A stretch of 64,000 nucleotides of DNA, from positions 683,395 through 747,394 of the forward strand of contig CAVPOC010000003.1 in the NCBI GenBank assembly GCA_963706955.1, read 5' to 3'. Positions 1 to 10,024 of this stretch are shown piece by piece (the first letter of the stretch is position 1; each line of letters opens with the position of its first letter). The stretch is from an uncultured Verrucomicrobiae bacterium (lineage in GTDB: Bacteria; Verrucomicrobiota; Verrucomicrobiia; Chthoniobacterales; Terrimicrobiaceae). Under the pieces are notes generated by a model, which did not search any database, was not told the origin of the DNA, and saw only the letters and a list, made by a program, of their open reading frames with translations. Made by a program: the position numbers and the translations under genes.

Positions 1-955
1 TGATTAAGTCCGCTTCGCTGGTGAGAGCATTCGCCGCGGTGGATCCGGTCACGCCCACGGGGCCCAACTGGAGCGGGTGGTCCCACGGTAGCGAGCTCTT
101 GCCTGCCTGTGTCTCCGAGACCGGCACGCCGTGCCGTTCGGAAAACTCACGCAGCGCTTCGCAAGCTCCGCCATAGAGAACCCCGCCGCCAGCAATGATC
201 ACTGGCCGCTTTGCCGCGATGACCGCGCGCGTCGCCGCCGCCAGTTCGATTTCGCTGGGTGCCACCGCTCGAAATTCCACCACCGGAGTCTCGAAAAATT
301 CGGCCGGATAGTCGAAGGCGTCCGCCTGCACATCTTGTGGCAGCGCGAGGGTCACCGGCCCGCAGAGCGCCGGGTCGGTAAGCGTCAGCACCGCTCGTGG
401 AAGGGCCGTGAGCAATTGGGAAGGATGAACAATCCGATCGAAATAGCGCGAAACCGGTCGGAAACAATCGTTAGCGGAGATCGTCCCGTCCCCCGACGAT
501 TCTACCTGCTGAAGGACCGGATCCGGGTCTCTAGAAATAAAGATATCCCCAGGAAGCAATAGAACCGGGAGCCGATTAACGTGCGCCAGCGCCGCGGAAG
601 TGAGAAGATTGGTGGCTCCGGGTCCGATGGAAGTCGAGCAGGCCATCATCCTACGTCGAAAGTGCGCTTTCGCGTAAGCGATCGCAGCGTTCGCCATCGC
701 CTGTTCATTGTGTGCGCGATAGGTCGGCAGCTTGTCACGATATTGGTAAAGTGCCTCTCCAAGCCCAGCCACATTGCCGTGTCCAAAAATCGCGAAGACC
801 CCCCCGAAGAGCGGGACGACCTCATCGCCTCCAGGCCCTTCGACTCGCGTGCGCAGGCCGGACAAATAGCGGACCAGGGCCTGCGCCGTGGTCAGGCGCA
901 CCGTGCCGCGTTTGGCGATACTCGGGTTCTCTGCGACAGTCATCGTCTCATTCAT
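1..955 (-). CDS. iolD: 3D-(3,5/4)-trihydroxycyclohexane-1,2-dione acylhydrolase, TPP-dependent (runs off window edge)
   Basis: Not in ORF track. Manual minus-strand translation from ATG at 955 gives TVRLTTAQALVRYL...GVFAIFGHGNVAGLGEAL...RAHNEQAMA, the typical IolD N-terminus. ATGA overlap with iolC stop. Confidence 0.92.
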   Translation of the reverse strand, partial: MNETMTVAENPSIAKRGTVRLTTAQALVRYLSGLRTRVEGPGGDEVVPLFGGVFAIFGHGNVAGLGEALYQYRDKLPTYRAHNEQAMANAAIAYAKAHFRRRMMACSTSIGPGATNLLTSAALAHVNRLPVLLLPGDIFISRDPDPVLQQVESSGDGTISANDCFRPVSRYFDRIVHPSQLLTALPRAVLTLTDPALCGPVTLALPQDVQADAFDYPAEFFETPVVEFRAVAPSEIELAAATRAVIAAKRPVIIAGGGVLYGGACEALREFSERHGVPVSETQAGKSSLPWDHPLQLGPVGVTGSTAANALTSEADLI

Positions 956-2946
956 ACTGCATACTCCTCAATAATCGGGCTGGTTGTCCTGGCTGGCCCG
1001 GTGCTTTCCTCCCGTGCCTTCCGCCAGAGATTGATTAAGCTCTCGAAAGTTTCTCGCGTACGCTCGATTACGGTCTTGTCGTCGATCTCCCCGGCGAGCC
1101 ACGCAAAGCTCGGTTTCTCAAAGATGGTCCGTCCGACGGCAAAGCCGCGGCAAGTTTTTGACCCTGCTGCCTGCCTGAACCCTTCCGCCAGGCGTTCGAC
1201 CGGCGCGCTCAAGCCAAGCAGAAGCACTCCGCGACAGTACGGATCGCGCTGGGTGATCACCTCGTCGATGAACCGCCACTGGTCACCGCTCATGGATTCA
1301 AGCTTCCACCATTCCGGTTTGATGCCGAGATCGTAAAATCGATCAAGCGAGCGGTAAACGGTGTCAGGTTGCACTCGATCTTTGGGGGGGATCACCTCCA
1401 GTAATAACTCATGCCCGCTCACTCGCGTGGCTTCAAAGAGCGCTTGCACTTGGGCCTCCTGCTCGAGACGGTGCTCGGCCGGATCATCCGGATGATAAAA
1501 AACGAGGCACTTGGCGACATGCTCATGGGGCCAGGAAATTAGGGTGGTCCCGATGGAGCGACCATGTTCGAACTTGAGCGGGTTGGAGCCCGGGAGCTCC
1601 ACGGGGCGCCCGATCCACCAGCCTCGTCCAGTGGCTGCATTGAGCGCATCCTGACCGTAGGTTTCGTCCGCAAGGATGCCAAGCTTGCCCGCATACTCGG
1701 GCCTCTCCTGCTCGACCGAGGCGACAGCTTGCACGAGCAATTCCTTGAGCTTCGGAATTCGTTGCTCCTCCACGCCGGCCTTGCGCGCCAAATCTGCAAG
1801 CTGGCTACGATGATCGAAGGCAAAAATGTAAAGCTCCTCCCAGCGTGGGCGTGGCACCGATACACGATGCAGATGGGTCAGCATCGGGTCACGGTCCGGC
1901 CGGCGCACCCGCTCGGGCTCCTCGGCGGCCCTCTTGAGAAAGCAGTCAAGCTCGACGGCTGTCGGCATCGCCGGAGCACAACCATGCCGGGAGACGACCA
2001 GGGCGCCGCTGCCATTGCCGCGGGCAGCGCATTCTTCGTAATCCTTGCTCCGAAGCCACCCGCTCAGAAAACCGGATATAAAGGCGTCACCGGCCCCGAG
2101 CACATTGAGCACTTCCACCTGAACGCCGGCAAAAGTCGGTGCCTCATCGATAGAGGCAGGAACGTCACCTTCGATGACCGAGCAACCGAGGACCCCGCGC
2201 TTGACGACCAGAGTCGCTTCGGTCACTTGGCGCACCGCTCGCAGCGTCGCAATGAGGTCCTGTTGCCCGCCCGCTATCTCGAATTCTTCGACCGTCCCAA
2301 CCACCAAATCAAAGAGCGGCAGGATGCCTTTTAAATGTTTGGTTACTCCCTCGCTGGAGACATAGCGCACCTCCCCCTCAGCCTTGCCGGTAAGTCCCCA
2401 GAGCACCGGCCGGTAATCGATGTCCAAAATCGTGCGGACGTCATTGCGTCGGGCATACTCCAGCGCCTGCCGACTTGCCTTGTCCACTTGCGCAGTGGAG
2501 AAATGCGTCCCGGTGATCAGGAGCGCTTTGCTCGACGCGATGAAGGATTCGTCAAAGTCACTCGGGTCGAGGGCCATGTCCGCGCAGTTCTCGCGGTAGA
2601 AAACCAAAGGGAAGCTCTCCCGGTCCTTGAGCCCAAGCAAGACCAGCGCCGTCAGACGCTTTTCGTCCTTGACCACATGGCTGACATCGCAGCCCTCCCG
2701 CGCCAGGGTCTCGATCAGTGAACGTCCCATGTGATCGTCGCCCACGCGCGTGAGCATGGCAGACTTCAAGCCGAGCCGGGCACAGTTGCAGGCGATATTC
2801 CCGGATGAGCCCCCAAGATACTTGGAGAAAGTGCTCACGTCCTCCAGACGCGCACCGATCTGCTGCGCATAGAGATCGACCGCCAGGCGGCCAAGGCAAA
2901 TAACATCAAGCTCGCGTCCTGAGGCGAAGGGGGTGGAATTCTTCAT
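952..2946 (-). CDS. iolC: 5-dehydro-2-deoxygluconokinase fused to C-terminal DUF2090 aldolase-like domain
   Basis: PfkB motifs (LGGSSGNIA, VLGAGDAF), C-terminal AFDHR...GRPVELPGS...KPEWWKLE...GFAVGRTIF domain; adjacent to iolD. Start placed at ATG of MKNSTP. Confidence 0.93.
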   Translation of the reverse strand: MKNSTPFASGRELDVICLGRLAVDLYAQQIGARLEDVSTFSKYLGGSSGNIACNCARLGLKSAMLTRVGDDHMGRSLIETLAREGCDVSHVVKDEKRLTALVLLGLKDRESFPLVFYRENCADMALDPSDFDESFIASSKALLITGTHFSTAQVDKASRQALEYARRNDVRTILDIDYRPVLWGLTGKAEGEVRYVSSEGVTKHLKGILPLFDLVVGTVEEFEIAGGQQDLIATLRAVRQVTEATLVVKRGVLGCSVIEGDVPASIDEAPTFAGVQVEVLNVLGAGDAFISGFLSGWLRSKDYEECAARGNGSGALVVSRHGCAPAMPTAVELDCFLKRAAEEPERVRRPDRDPMLTHLHRVSVPRPRWEELYIFAFDHRSQLADLARKAGVEEQRIPKLKELLVQAVASVEQERPEYAGKLGILADETYGQDALNAATGRGWWIGRPVELPGSNPLKFEHGRSIGTTLISWPHEHVAKCLVFYHPDDPAEHRLEQEAQVQALFEATRVSGHELLLEVIPPKDRVQPDTVYRSLDRFYDLGIKPEWWKLESMSGDQWRFIDEVITQRDPYCRGVLLLGLSAPVERLAEGFRQAAGSKTCRGFAVGRTIFEKPSFAWLAGEIDDKTVIERTRETFESLINLWRKAREESTGPARTTSPIIEEYAV

Positions 2947-3193
2947 TGCTGAAACTGTTTGGAGCACTGCTCTCTAAAGCTCGCCAGGGCACGCGTGCTT
3001 TCCACCAAGAGGTGGCTTCTCCAAGCTCCCCATGTTCGCCGCGTCCAAGAAAGTGCGCAAGCCTCTAGATGCGTGAAAACGCATTCGCGATCGCCATTCT
3101 GAGGGCCCAAGGTGCAACTCTTCATCAAGGTGAGAGCAGCAAAATACCGTCTGTCGCGCTGAATGCAACAAAAATTGTAAGAAGTTTAATATT

Positions 3194-3209
3194 TAGAATT
3201 TTATTTCTA
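3194..3209. promoter_or_regulatory. Putative IolR operator palindrome TAGAA-N6-TTCTA
   Basis: Perfect 5-bp inverted repeat in the AT-rich iolC/iolR divergent spacer; resembles the GGAA-N6-TTCC geometry known for RpiR-type IolR. Confidence 0.5.
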
Positions 3210-3258
3210 TTTTGCTTGGATTTCTTTCCCCAGGTGGCATAGCCTCTTAGTAAAGCAA

Positions 3259-4122
3259 ATGGCCCAGCTGACTGTTGATCAACTTATTGAGAAGATTGCA
3301 GCAGCTTACGACTCCTTGCCCCGGCAGTTGAAAAGAATTGCGACCTACATCGAGCAACATCGTGGAAGAGTCATGATGGACCGGGTGGGCGACATTGCCC
3401 AAACCTGTAACGTCCACCCTTCGGCGGTGGTGCGCTTTGCAAAGCGCTTCGGTTATTCAGGTTTCAGCGAACTCCAAGCGATCTTTCGGCGCGCTTACAC
3501 CGAGCAGGTGGCGCCGGTTCAGAGTTATCAGCAGCGGGTCCGCAAGCTGATCAAGAGCAATCGGGGGCGGCTGCGTGGGTCAGAGATCGCCCGCGAGTTC
3601 ATCGACGGGAGTCGGCAGGGCTTGGAGGCGCTGGCCGCCGGGCTTGAGGCCAATGCTTTTGATGAGGCGTTGGAGCTGCTCGTCAAGGCGAAGACGATTT
3701 ACATCGCCGGGGTGCGTCGTTCGTTTGCCCCGGCCTCCTATCTCGCTTACGCCCTACAGCACACTCGCAAGCAGGTAATCCTTGCGTCAGGGCTGGGAGG
3801 AATGTATCGCGAGCAGATCAGTAGCATCCGCAAGGGAGATGCACTGGTCGCAATTAGTTTCCTTCCATACGGAAAAGAGACCCAGTATTGCGCGCGCATG
3901 GCCAGTCACAACAAGGCCGGGGCGCTCGTGATTACCGACAGTCAGTTGTCACCGCTGGCACGTTTTGCGAGCGTGCTCCTTCTCGTCAAGGAAGGCGATG
4001 CCTTTGGTTTTCGTTCTTTAACGAACACCATGTGCCTATGTCAGGCGCTGTTTATTTCTTTAGCTTACAAGCTCGAACTTAACCTGGAACAAACCGCGGA
4101 TGATCCCAGCGAGGTGCCGTAA
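3259..4122 (+). CDS. iolR: RpiR/MurR-family regulator (HTH + SIS), inositol repressor
   Basis: VHPSAVVRFAKRFGYSGFSELQ HTH; SIS domain (AISFLPYGKET, ITDSQLSPLA); divergent from iolCD. Confidence 0.85.
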   Translation: MAQLTVDQLIEKIAAAYDSLPRQLKRIATYIEQHRGRVMMDRVGDIAQTCNVHPSAVVRFAKRFGYSGFSELQAIFRRAYTEQVAPVQSYQQRVRKLIKSNRGRLRGSEIAREFIDGSRQGLEALAAGLEANAFDEALELLVKAKTIYIAGVRRSFAPASYLAYALQHTRKQVILASGLGGMYREQISSIRKGDALVAISFLPYGKETQYCARMASHNKAGALVITDSQLSPLARFASVLLLVKEGDAFGFRSLTNTMCLCQALFISLAYKLELNLEQTADDPSEVP

Positions 4123-4146
4123 GCGGTCCGCGCCGGGCGATCGGTA

Positions 4147-5043
4147 ATGTTTACTTCTTGGCCACTGCTGGCGGTATTCGGATGCGCGGTCGTTTACACG
4201 ATCGGTGCGCTTTCCGCTAAACGTGCTCTGAGTGCAGGCGCCACCGTCTGGCAGGTCAATTTCGCCGCGAACATGGCGATGTCGATTCTGTTTTTGCCCT
4301 TCTGGTTTGGCGCGGATGTCACCAGGATGTTAACCGATAGCTACAAGCCGATTCTGGCTGCGGGAGCATTCTTTACCGGCCAACTTTTTACCTTTGCAGC
4401 CCTCCGCCAAGGAGACGTCTCCGTAGCGACCCCCCTGCTGGGAGCAAAAGTTATCTTCGTTGCTTTCATTACCAGCTTTCTCTTCGGAGACCCTGTCGGC
4501 GTGAAATGGTGGGTAGCCGCGGCGATTAGCACCTGCGGGATTTTCCTGGTCACCGGCGCACAGCCCCGAACCGAAGCTTGGAGGCGCCATTCCGCAAAGA
4601 CCGCCCTCTATTCGCTGATTGCGGCTCTCGCCTTTGCTCTCACTGATACCCTTATCCAGCACTGGGCTGTCGAGATGGGAGTGATCACCTTCGTCGCGGT
4701 GATGTTCTCGTTTGTGGGCATACTTACGTGTTGCCTCTATGTGCCGGCCGTGGGCTTCCGTCAGCTAGTCAATTCGCCCCGAATTGCTCGCCAAGCGCTG
4801 GTGTTCGGCGCGTTGATTCTCGGTGCGCAAAACCTGGTTATGGCGGTGGCGATCCGATTCTCCGGCGACGCCACCGCGGTGAACATCGTCTACAGTTCGC
4901 GATGTGTTCTCAGCGTCGTCCTCGCATGGGCGACGGCGCGATGGCTCGGCAGCCGAGAAGCGACGCTACCACGACGCGTCCTATTTCTTCGCCTCGGTGG
5001 GGCGCTGCTCTTGGCAGGCGCGATCGTCATGGTCATGCTTTAG
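4147..5043 (+). CDS. DMT/EamA-family membrane transporter
   Basis: 298 aa, about 10 hydrophobic segments in two repeats, GDVSVATPLLGAK motif. Confidence 0.75.
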   Translation: MFTSWPLLAVFGCAVVYTIGALSAKRALSAGATVWQVNFAANMAMSILFLPFWFGADVTRMLTDSYKPILAAGAFFTGQLFTFAALRQGDVSVATPLLGAKVIFVAFITSFLFGDPVGVKWWVAAAISTCGIFLVTGAQPRTEAWRRHSAKTALYSLIAALAFALTDTLIQHWAVEMGVITFVAVMFSFVGILTCCLYVPAVGFRQLVNSPRIARQALVFGALILGAQNLVMAVAIRFSGDATAVNIVYSSRCVLSVVLAWATARWLGSREATLPRRVLFLRLGGALLLAGAIVMVML

Positions 5044-5224
5044 AGTTGGTCAAGCCAAACGAGGGCTAGACTGATTGCATAACAACGGTCTCCTTTTATC
5101 TGAGTAACTGGAGGCGAGTCGGATCCGGGCGAGCTTTTGAGGGAATGGTCTGGGGGAGCATACGCGTCCCGCGCGTGGTGTTCGACGGCTCGCCGATCAG
5201 AGGTTTTCCGGCGCGGGCTGCCGG

Positions 5225-7978
5225 CTACGAAGCAAGCGGTCTGTCGATTAAGACTTTGCCGCTTAGGAATTCTTTGGATTTTTCGCTAATGGTTTTCTCT
5301 GGATCTTCTCCAAGAAAGAGATTGGCAAAGTCATCGAACTCGACCTCGCCAGGAGGCCAAAAGATCCCGCGACTGATCCGCTCGGCCACCATCTCGGCGT
5401 GGGCCTTCGCCGAGGTGAATAAAGCTTCGTCGAGGATGAGCTGGTCGATGCCACTTTCCTCGATCCGTTCGGGCAACAGGAAATATCCGACGAGTGGCGG
5501 AAGCGGCTCGCCGGGCCAGAGGAACTCCGCGAGCGCGCGGTACAAAGGAAGCTGCAAGTCACGCCACTGAACCATTTCCCGAGCCCCAGAGGTGGCATCG
5601 AAGTGCATGCTTCTGGCTGACTTGCGTTTGGCGGAGGTCTTGTAATCGAGAATTCTCCGCTGGCCGGTCTCCTCGTGAACATCCACTCGGTCAAGCGCAC
5701 CTACAATCGGCAGGCCCGCGAGGTGAAGGGTCTTCTCTTCCTCGAATCGCAGTTCTCCATGGCGAATGCGCCAGCCGGCGCGGCGCTCTGGAGCCTGAAT
5801 CCTGGCAAACTGGCGGAGTCGCGCCCGCAACCCCTCCTGTTGAACGCGCAACGGCAATGAAAGCCGCCGCCCGAACCGGTTCAAGAAAATGGCATCAAGC
5901 TCGGTGAGAACATAGTCTTCAATCTCGCGAAAATCTGAACTGTCGCGAATCGCTTCTTCTCGGGCGAAAGCTTCCAGCGTCTCGTGAAACACGTTCCCAA
6001 AGTCGAGGGCATCCATTTCAACCTTTGGTGACTCGAACCTTCTCATACCCAAAACGTGCTTGAGGTAAAACCGTAGGGGGCACTGGAGGTAATCGCGGAA
6101 CGCTGTTACTCGAAGGCTACTCGGTGGCGGACGGGCTGGAATTTGCAGAGGCCATGCCCGTTCGCGGGCTTTGGAGGTGTGCAACGGAGCAATTGGCTCA
6201 AAGACCTTGCGGATGCGGGCAATCAACTCGGCATCAGAACAGCGGAAGAGCAAACGGGAGGGTTTGGCAGGCTCTCCGTCCGCTCCTACTCGACACAACG
6301 TCAACTTTACGGTGCCCGGCGGACGCGCCGCGAGAAGACAGTGCAGAACGTATGTATCGCGCGCGAATCGCTCGAGGTTATTGTGGAGACGCCAGTTCCC
6401 CCGCACGGAATCCGGAACAAATGGATGGCCGGCGATTCGCGTGGGCAGCGCGCCTTCAGTGCACCCCGAGATAATCAAGGAAGGATTCGGCAGCCACTGT
6501 GCCTCGAGCCATCCATTCAAGTCGATGTCGCCCTCATCATGCGGCTCGAACACGGCCAGATTCTTCATTTCCTCGCAAAAAATCTGCTCGGCAAGACCTG
6601 GCTGGCCGAGTGGAGAATCCAGGACCGTATTCAGAAGGCTCGCCAGCGCAGCCAGCGCCTCCCCCTCGGCGGAACCCGCAGCCACCTCTCTCCCGGAATA
6701 GGCGGTTCGAAGAAATTCAGGCAAACCCGCGAGTGATCCGGACGCGCCGAATGTTCGCCTGAGCTTCTCCACCGCGGCGATCAGGCCCCTCGTCGACGAA
6801 GCACTGGAGCCGCCTTCGTTGATAAACGCGGCCGCGTCATCCAAGGTCTCGACCAAAATCTTCGTCTGCAACTCGTCGAGAGCTGAAAGGACGGCGCTGG
6901 GAGACTGATGCGATTCGCGACAGAGCAGGCGCAGGAAAACGGGATGCTCCGCGAGAGTTCGAAGTTCACTGACCCGACCATTCGAAGCGAAGGCCAGCCA
7001 AAGTCTCGCCAAGGTCGCACACTCGAAGGGCGCCAACGATTTGCCTGCGGGATCGTAGGGTCTCAGACTCCGCTTGCGCATCGCGCGTAGGTGAAAAGGA
7101 ACGAGTTCAGAATCGGCGACGCAAACCCCAACGGCAGCTGACCCAATCAAACGGGCAACAATCTGCGCCTCCGACACCGGGTCGGCGGCGACCACAAAGT
7201 CTTCGAGACGCAGCGGAAGGAATCTCTGCGACCAGGCTTTCGGGTCCGGCCTCCCCCAAGCATCGAACTCTTCCAGTTCGCAATCCGGCGCGTCGATCAA
7301 GACGGTGACCGCAACCCCCGCGGACTCAAGAATGAGCAGATAGGATTCCGTTATCGGGTTGAGGTCTGGCACTCCTGCGACAATCACGTGCCCAATGTTT
7401 TCCGGAACGATCCCCATTTTCGCCACCCTGATGTGTGCAGCGTCGGAGTCCTCCAATCCGGCAGCGGCCAGGCGATTCAGGTATTGTTCATACAGGGCTT
7501 TCAGCTCCTTCCATCGATCCTCCTGAGGAGATGAGACGCATCGGGCGTGGGCGGAAACAGGGGTGAGCCCTGCCTCAGCCAACAGGGCGCAAAGCTCTCG
7601 CAACGACTGCCCGATTCGGGATGCCAAAGCGCGATGGTCGGAAAAACCCGAGAGGAGCAGGGGAAAGCTTTCGGCGGCGACTTCGGAGATCACCTGGGTC
7701 CACGCTAACAGTGCATCAAGGCGCCCGGCAATCTTGTCACCGGCGGCGCGCTGGAGCAACCCCATTGGCGTCACCACAATTGGTGAAAGCAAACCTTTTC
7801 CGCGCTCGGCTGCCAATCGCACCAGTTCCGCCCGAAGACGCCGCCCGGAACCGGAAGTGGGCACGAGCAGCGCACAATGACTGAGATCGAGCGGCCGCTG
7901 CCCCGACCGGGTGATCAACCACCTGGCGGCCTTGAAGATTAGCGGCTCTCGATCCGATAGAAGAATTTTCTGCGGCAT
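5225..7978 (-). CDS. AddB-like protein with C-terminal PD-(D/E)XK nuclease
   Basis: N-terminal LLVPT..SGRRLR; C-terminal YLQCPLRFY, GALDRVD, LDYKTS and LQLPLY RecB-family nuclease motifs. Confidence 0.8.
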   Translation of the reverse strand: MPQKILLSDREPLIFKAARWLITRSGQRPLDLSHCALLVPTSGSGRRLRAELVRLAAERGKGLLSPIVVTPMGLLQRAAGDKIAGRLDALLAWTQVISEVAAESFPLLLSGFSDHRALASRIGQSLRELCALLAEAGLTPVSAHARCVSSPQEDRWKELKALYEQYLNRLAAAGLEDSDAAHIRVAKMGIVPENIGHVIVAGVPDLNPITESYLLILESAGVAVTVLIDAPDCELEEFDAWGRPDPKAWSQRFLPLRLEDFVVAADPVSEAQIVARLIGSAAVGVCVADSELVPFHLRAMRKRSLRPYDPAGKSLAPFECATLARLWLAFASNGRVSELRTLAEHPVFLRLLCRESHQSPSAVLSALDELQTKILVETLDDAAAFINEGGSSASSTRGLIAAVEKLRRTFGASGSLAGLPEFLRTAYSGREVAAGSAEGEALAALASLLNTVLDSPLGQPGLAEQIFCEEMKNLAVFEPHDEGDIDLNGWLEAQWLPNPSLIISGCTEGALPTRIAGHPFVPDSVRGNWRLHNNLERFARDTYVLHCLLAARPPGTVKLTLCRVGADGEPAKPSRLLFRCSDAELIARIRKVFEPIAPLHTSKARERAWPLQIPARPPPSSLRVTAFRDYLQCPLRFYLKHVLGMRRFESPKVEMDALDFGNVFHETLEAFAREEAIRDSSDFREIEDYVLTELDAIFLNRFGRRLSLPLRVQQEGLRARLRQFARIQAPERRAGWRIRHGELRFEEEKTLHLAGLPIVGALDRVDVHEETGQRRILDYKTSAKRKSARSMHFDATSGAREMVQWRDLQLPLYRALAEFLWPGEPLPPLVGYFLLPERIEESGIDQLILDEALFTSAKAHAEMVAERISRGIFWPPGEVEFDDFANLFLGEDPEKTISEKSKEFLSGKVLIDRPLAS

Positions 7979-8146
7979 GACGACGGCAAACTGAAGAAAA
8001 GCCCCTACGCTGCCGCGTTCAACCTCTCGAAAAATCCCGCTGGCTGCGCCACTCTGCGGTCAGGGTTTGTAGTGCCTCTTCAAACCAGGACGTCGGACTC
8101 CCCTGGGTGCTCGACTAGCAAGCCACCGCTGGCACAGCGAATACGC

Positions 8147-8851
8147 TCAGAACTTTGTCAACTGGGGCGACGGCTGTTGTTGTCTAAGCGCGGCGCGCAG
8201 CGTGGCGATCTGCCTTTTTAGCCCGGCAGGATTGGTGGCTTTCTCCTTCTCAATGTGAGCCGCCAACGCTTTGGTTGTTTCCTTCATTTGGTCGATCGCC
8301 CTAGCCCGCAACAAGACTGCAATGTTTGAGCTTGGCGTGACCATGTTCTGGTAGCAAACAAGCGATTTCCCCTCCCACGGCTCGACCCGAAAATTACCCA
8401 CGCTGTCCTTGGTCATCACCGCTCTAAGAAGCTTCCAGTCAAAGCGATACGAATTTTCATCGAGCAGTCGCAGGCTGTTGCGGACCGTATAGAATTCATC
8501 TGGAAAAATCGGCACATCGAGGCCGTAATCCACTTCCATGACGCAGGAGGAAACACGATTCGAGATCTCGGACTTGAAAACGTTGGGAACGAAGGACTTA
8601 GCTTCTTCGAAATCGAAGAAGACAGCCGCTACCTGCTCGGGCTCAGCCTCGATCGACCTGTAAATCTTAACGCGAGGCCAGGCATTGCCCTCCACATTCT
8701 CGATCACGACCACCTGATCTCCGGCCTTCATTGAGCCCTTCTGGGATGCGCTTAGTTCGGAGAGGACCGACTCCGCAACGAGATGCGGTGTTTGGAGCAG
8801 GCAAACTGTCAGGAGCACTGCCGCATATACGGTAAGGCGAAAAACGTTCAT
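8147..8851 (-). CDS. Exported SRPBCC/START-like (polyketide cyclase-fold) protein
   Basis: Signal-peptide-like N-terminus; pattern IEAEPEQVAAVFFDFEEAKSFVPNV and a long C-terminal helix. Confidence 0.55.
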   Translation of the reverse strand: MNVFRLTVYAAVLLTVCLLQTPHLVAESVLSELSASQKGSMKAGDQVVVIENVEGNAWPRVKIYRSIEAEPEQVAAVFFDFEEAKSFVPNVFKSEISNRVSSCVMEVDYGLDVPIFPDEFYTVRNSLRLLDENSYRFDWKLLRAVMTKDSVGNFRVEPWEGKSLVCYQNMVTPSSNIAVLLRARAIDQMKETTKALAAHIEKEKATNPAGLKRQIATLRAALRQQQPSPQLTKF

Positions 8852-8907
8852 CGGCTGCAGACTTTTAGCTGCGAGCGCTCATCTTTGCAAATCTATTAAG
8901 TGATCGT

Positions 8908-8936
8908 TTGACGCCATCGTTCGCGCTTCCTATAGT
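8908..8936 (+). promoter_or_regulatory. sigma70-type promoter of rpsU
   Basis: TTGACG-N17-TATAGT about 42 bp upstream of rpsU ATG. Confidence 0.7.
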
Positions 8937-8978
8937 TTTTGGTCTTTCGCAGGAGGATTTTGGAAAGTAGGTGAAGAT

Positions 8979-9182
8979 ATGCCGGAAGTGATCGTTCGCA
9001 AAGGAGAGCCGATTGATCGGGCTTTAAAACGCCTGAAGTCGAAGCTCGATGCAGAGGGCATCCTTGATGAGGTTCGCAGACTGCGGGCGTTCGAGACGCC
9101 TACTCAAAAGGCACGCCGCAAGGCAAAAAACAATGCCAAGCGCTCGAAGATGAAGATCCGCTTTAGTCTCAACTTGCCCTAA
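8979..9182 (+). CDS. rpsU: 30S ribosomal protein S21
   Basis: MPEVIVRKGEPIDRALKRLK...GILDEVRRLRAFETP, basic 67-aa protein. Confidence 0.95.
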   Translation: MPEVIVRKGEPIDRALKRLKSKLDAEGILDEVRRLRAFETPTQKARRKAKNNAKRSKMKIRFSLNLP

Positions 9183-9187
9183 GCCTT

Positions 9188-10024
9188 TTGCCCAGGGTCG
9201 TTATCGTCGGCTGCGGCTTCCTCGGTGAAGCCGCAGCCACTTTGTTTTCTAAAGGCGGGTGGGAGGTGCTCGGGATTTGTGCCCGTCCCCACTCACTTCG
9301 AGCTCTCTCTGCAAAGCCATTCGAGGTCCGCGCGATAGACATTGCCGGACCTTTCATCATTGAGCCTGCTTGGCGCCATGTTGATGCACTGGTGCATTGT
9401 GCCGGACCGGACGAAGCGACAGCCGAGGCGTACCGACGGGTCTATGTCGAAGGCCTCAGGAATGCATTCACAGCCTTCGCGCCACGGCAAGTGCTCTTTA
9501 CCGGCAGCACATCCGTTTATGCACAAATCGATGGCTCATGGGTTGATGAAACCAGTGAAACGCGGCCAAATCGAGAAACTGGCCGCATTTTGTTGGAGGC
9601 TGAAGCAATTGCGCTGAATGCGGGAGGATTGGTCGCGCGATTATCAGGTCTTTACGGGCCCGGTCGTTCTGTCCTCATGCGCAAGTTTCTTGCCGGCGAG
9701 GCGGTCCTAGAAGGAGATGGCATGCGCTGGATCAATCAGATTCACCGCGACGATGCCGCCCGGGCGGTCGTCCAGCTTGTCCAACATGGTGCGACACCAG
9801 GGATCTACAATGTGACCGACAGCACCCCGGCTACTCACCTACAGGTGTATTCGTGGCTGGCCGATCATTTTCATCGGCCGCTCCCATCTTACGGACCTGC
9901 CGACCTGCAGCGAAAGCGTGGCTGGACAAACAAACGTGTGAGCAATGAAAGGCTGCGCAAAACAGACTGGCAGCCGGAATTTCCGGCATACCGTGACGCC
10001 ATCGCAACTCTCCTTGAAAAATAG
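9188..10024 (+). CDS. NAD-dependent epimerase/dehydratase-like extended SDR
   Basis: IVGCGFLG Rossmann motif, GSTSVY, RLSGLYGPGR, NQIHRDD. Confidence 0.85.
   Translation: MPRVVIVGCGFLGEAAATLFSKGGWEVLGICARPHSLRALSAKPFEVRAIDIAGPFIIEPAWRHVDALVHCAGPDEATAEAYRRVYVEGLRNAFTAFAPRQVLFTGSTSVYAQIDGSWVDETSETRPNRETGRILLEAEAIALNAGGLVARLSGLYGPGRSVLMRKFLAGEAVLEGDGMRWINQIHRDDAARAVVQLVQHGATPGIYNVTDSTPATHLQVYSWLADHFHRPLPSYGPADLQRKRGWTNKRVSNERLRKTDWQPEFPAYRDAIATLLEK

Noticed and set aside
5152..5224. GC-rich hairpins (ACGCG..CGCGT, CCGGC..GCCGG) resembling a degenerate REP/MITE
   Set aside because: Short stems in GC-rich DNA with no convincing second copy in the window.
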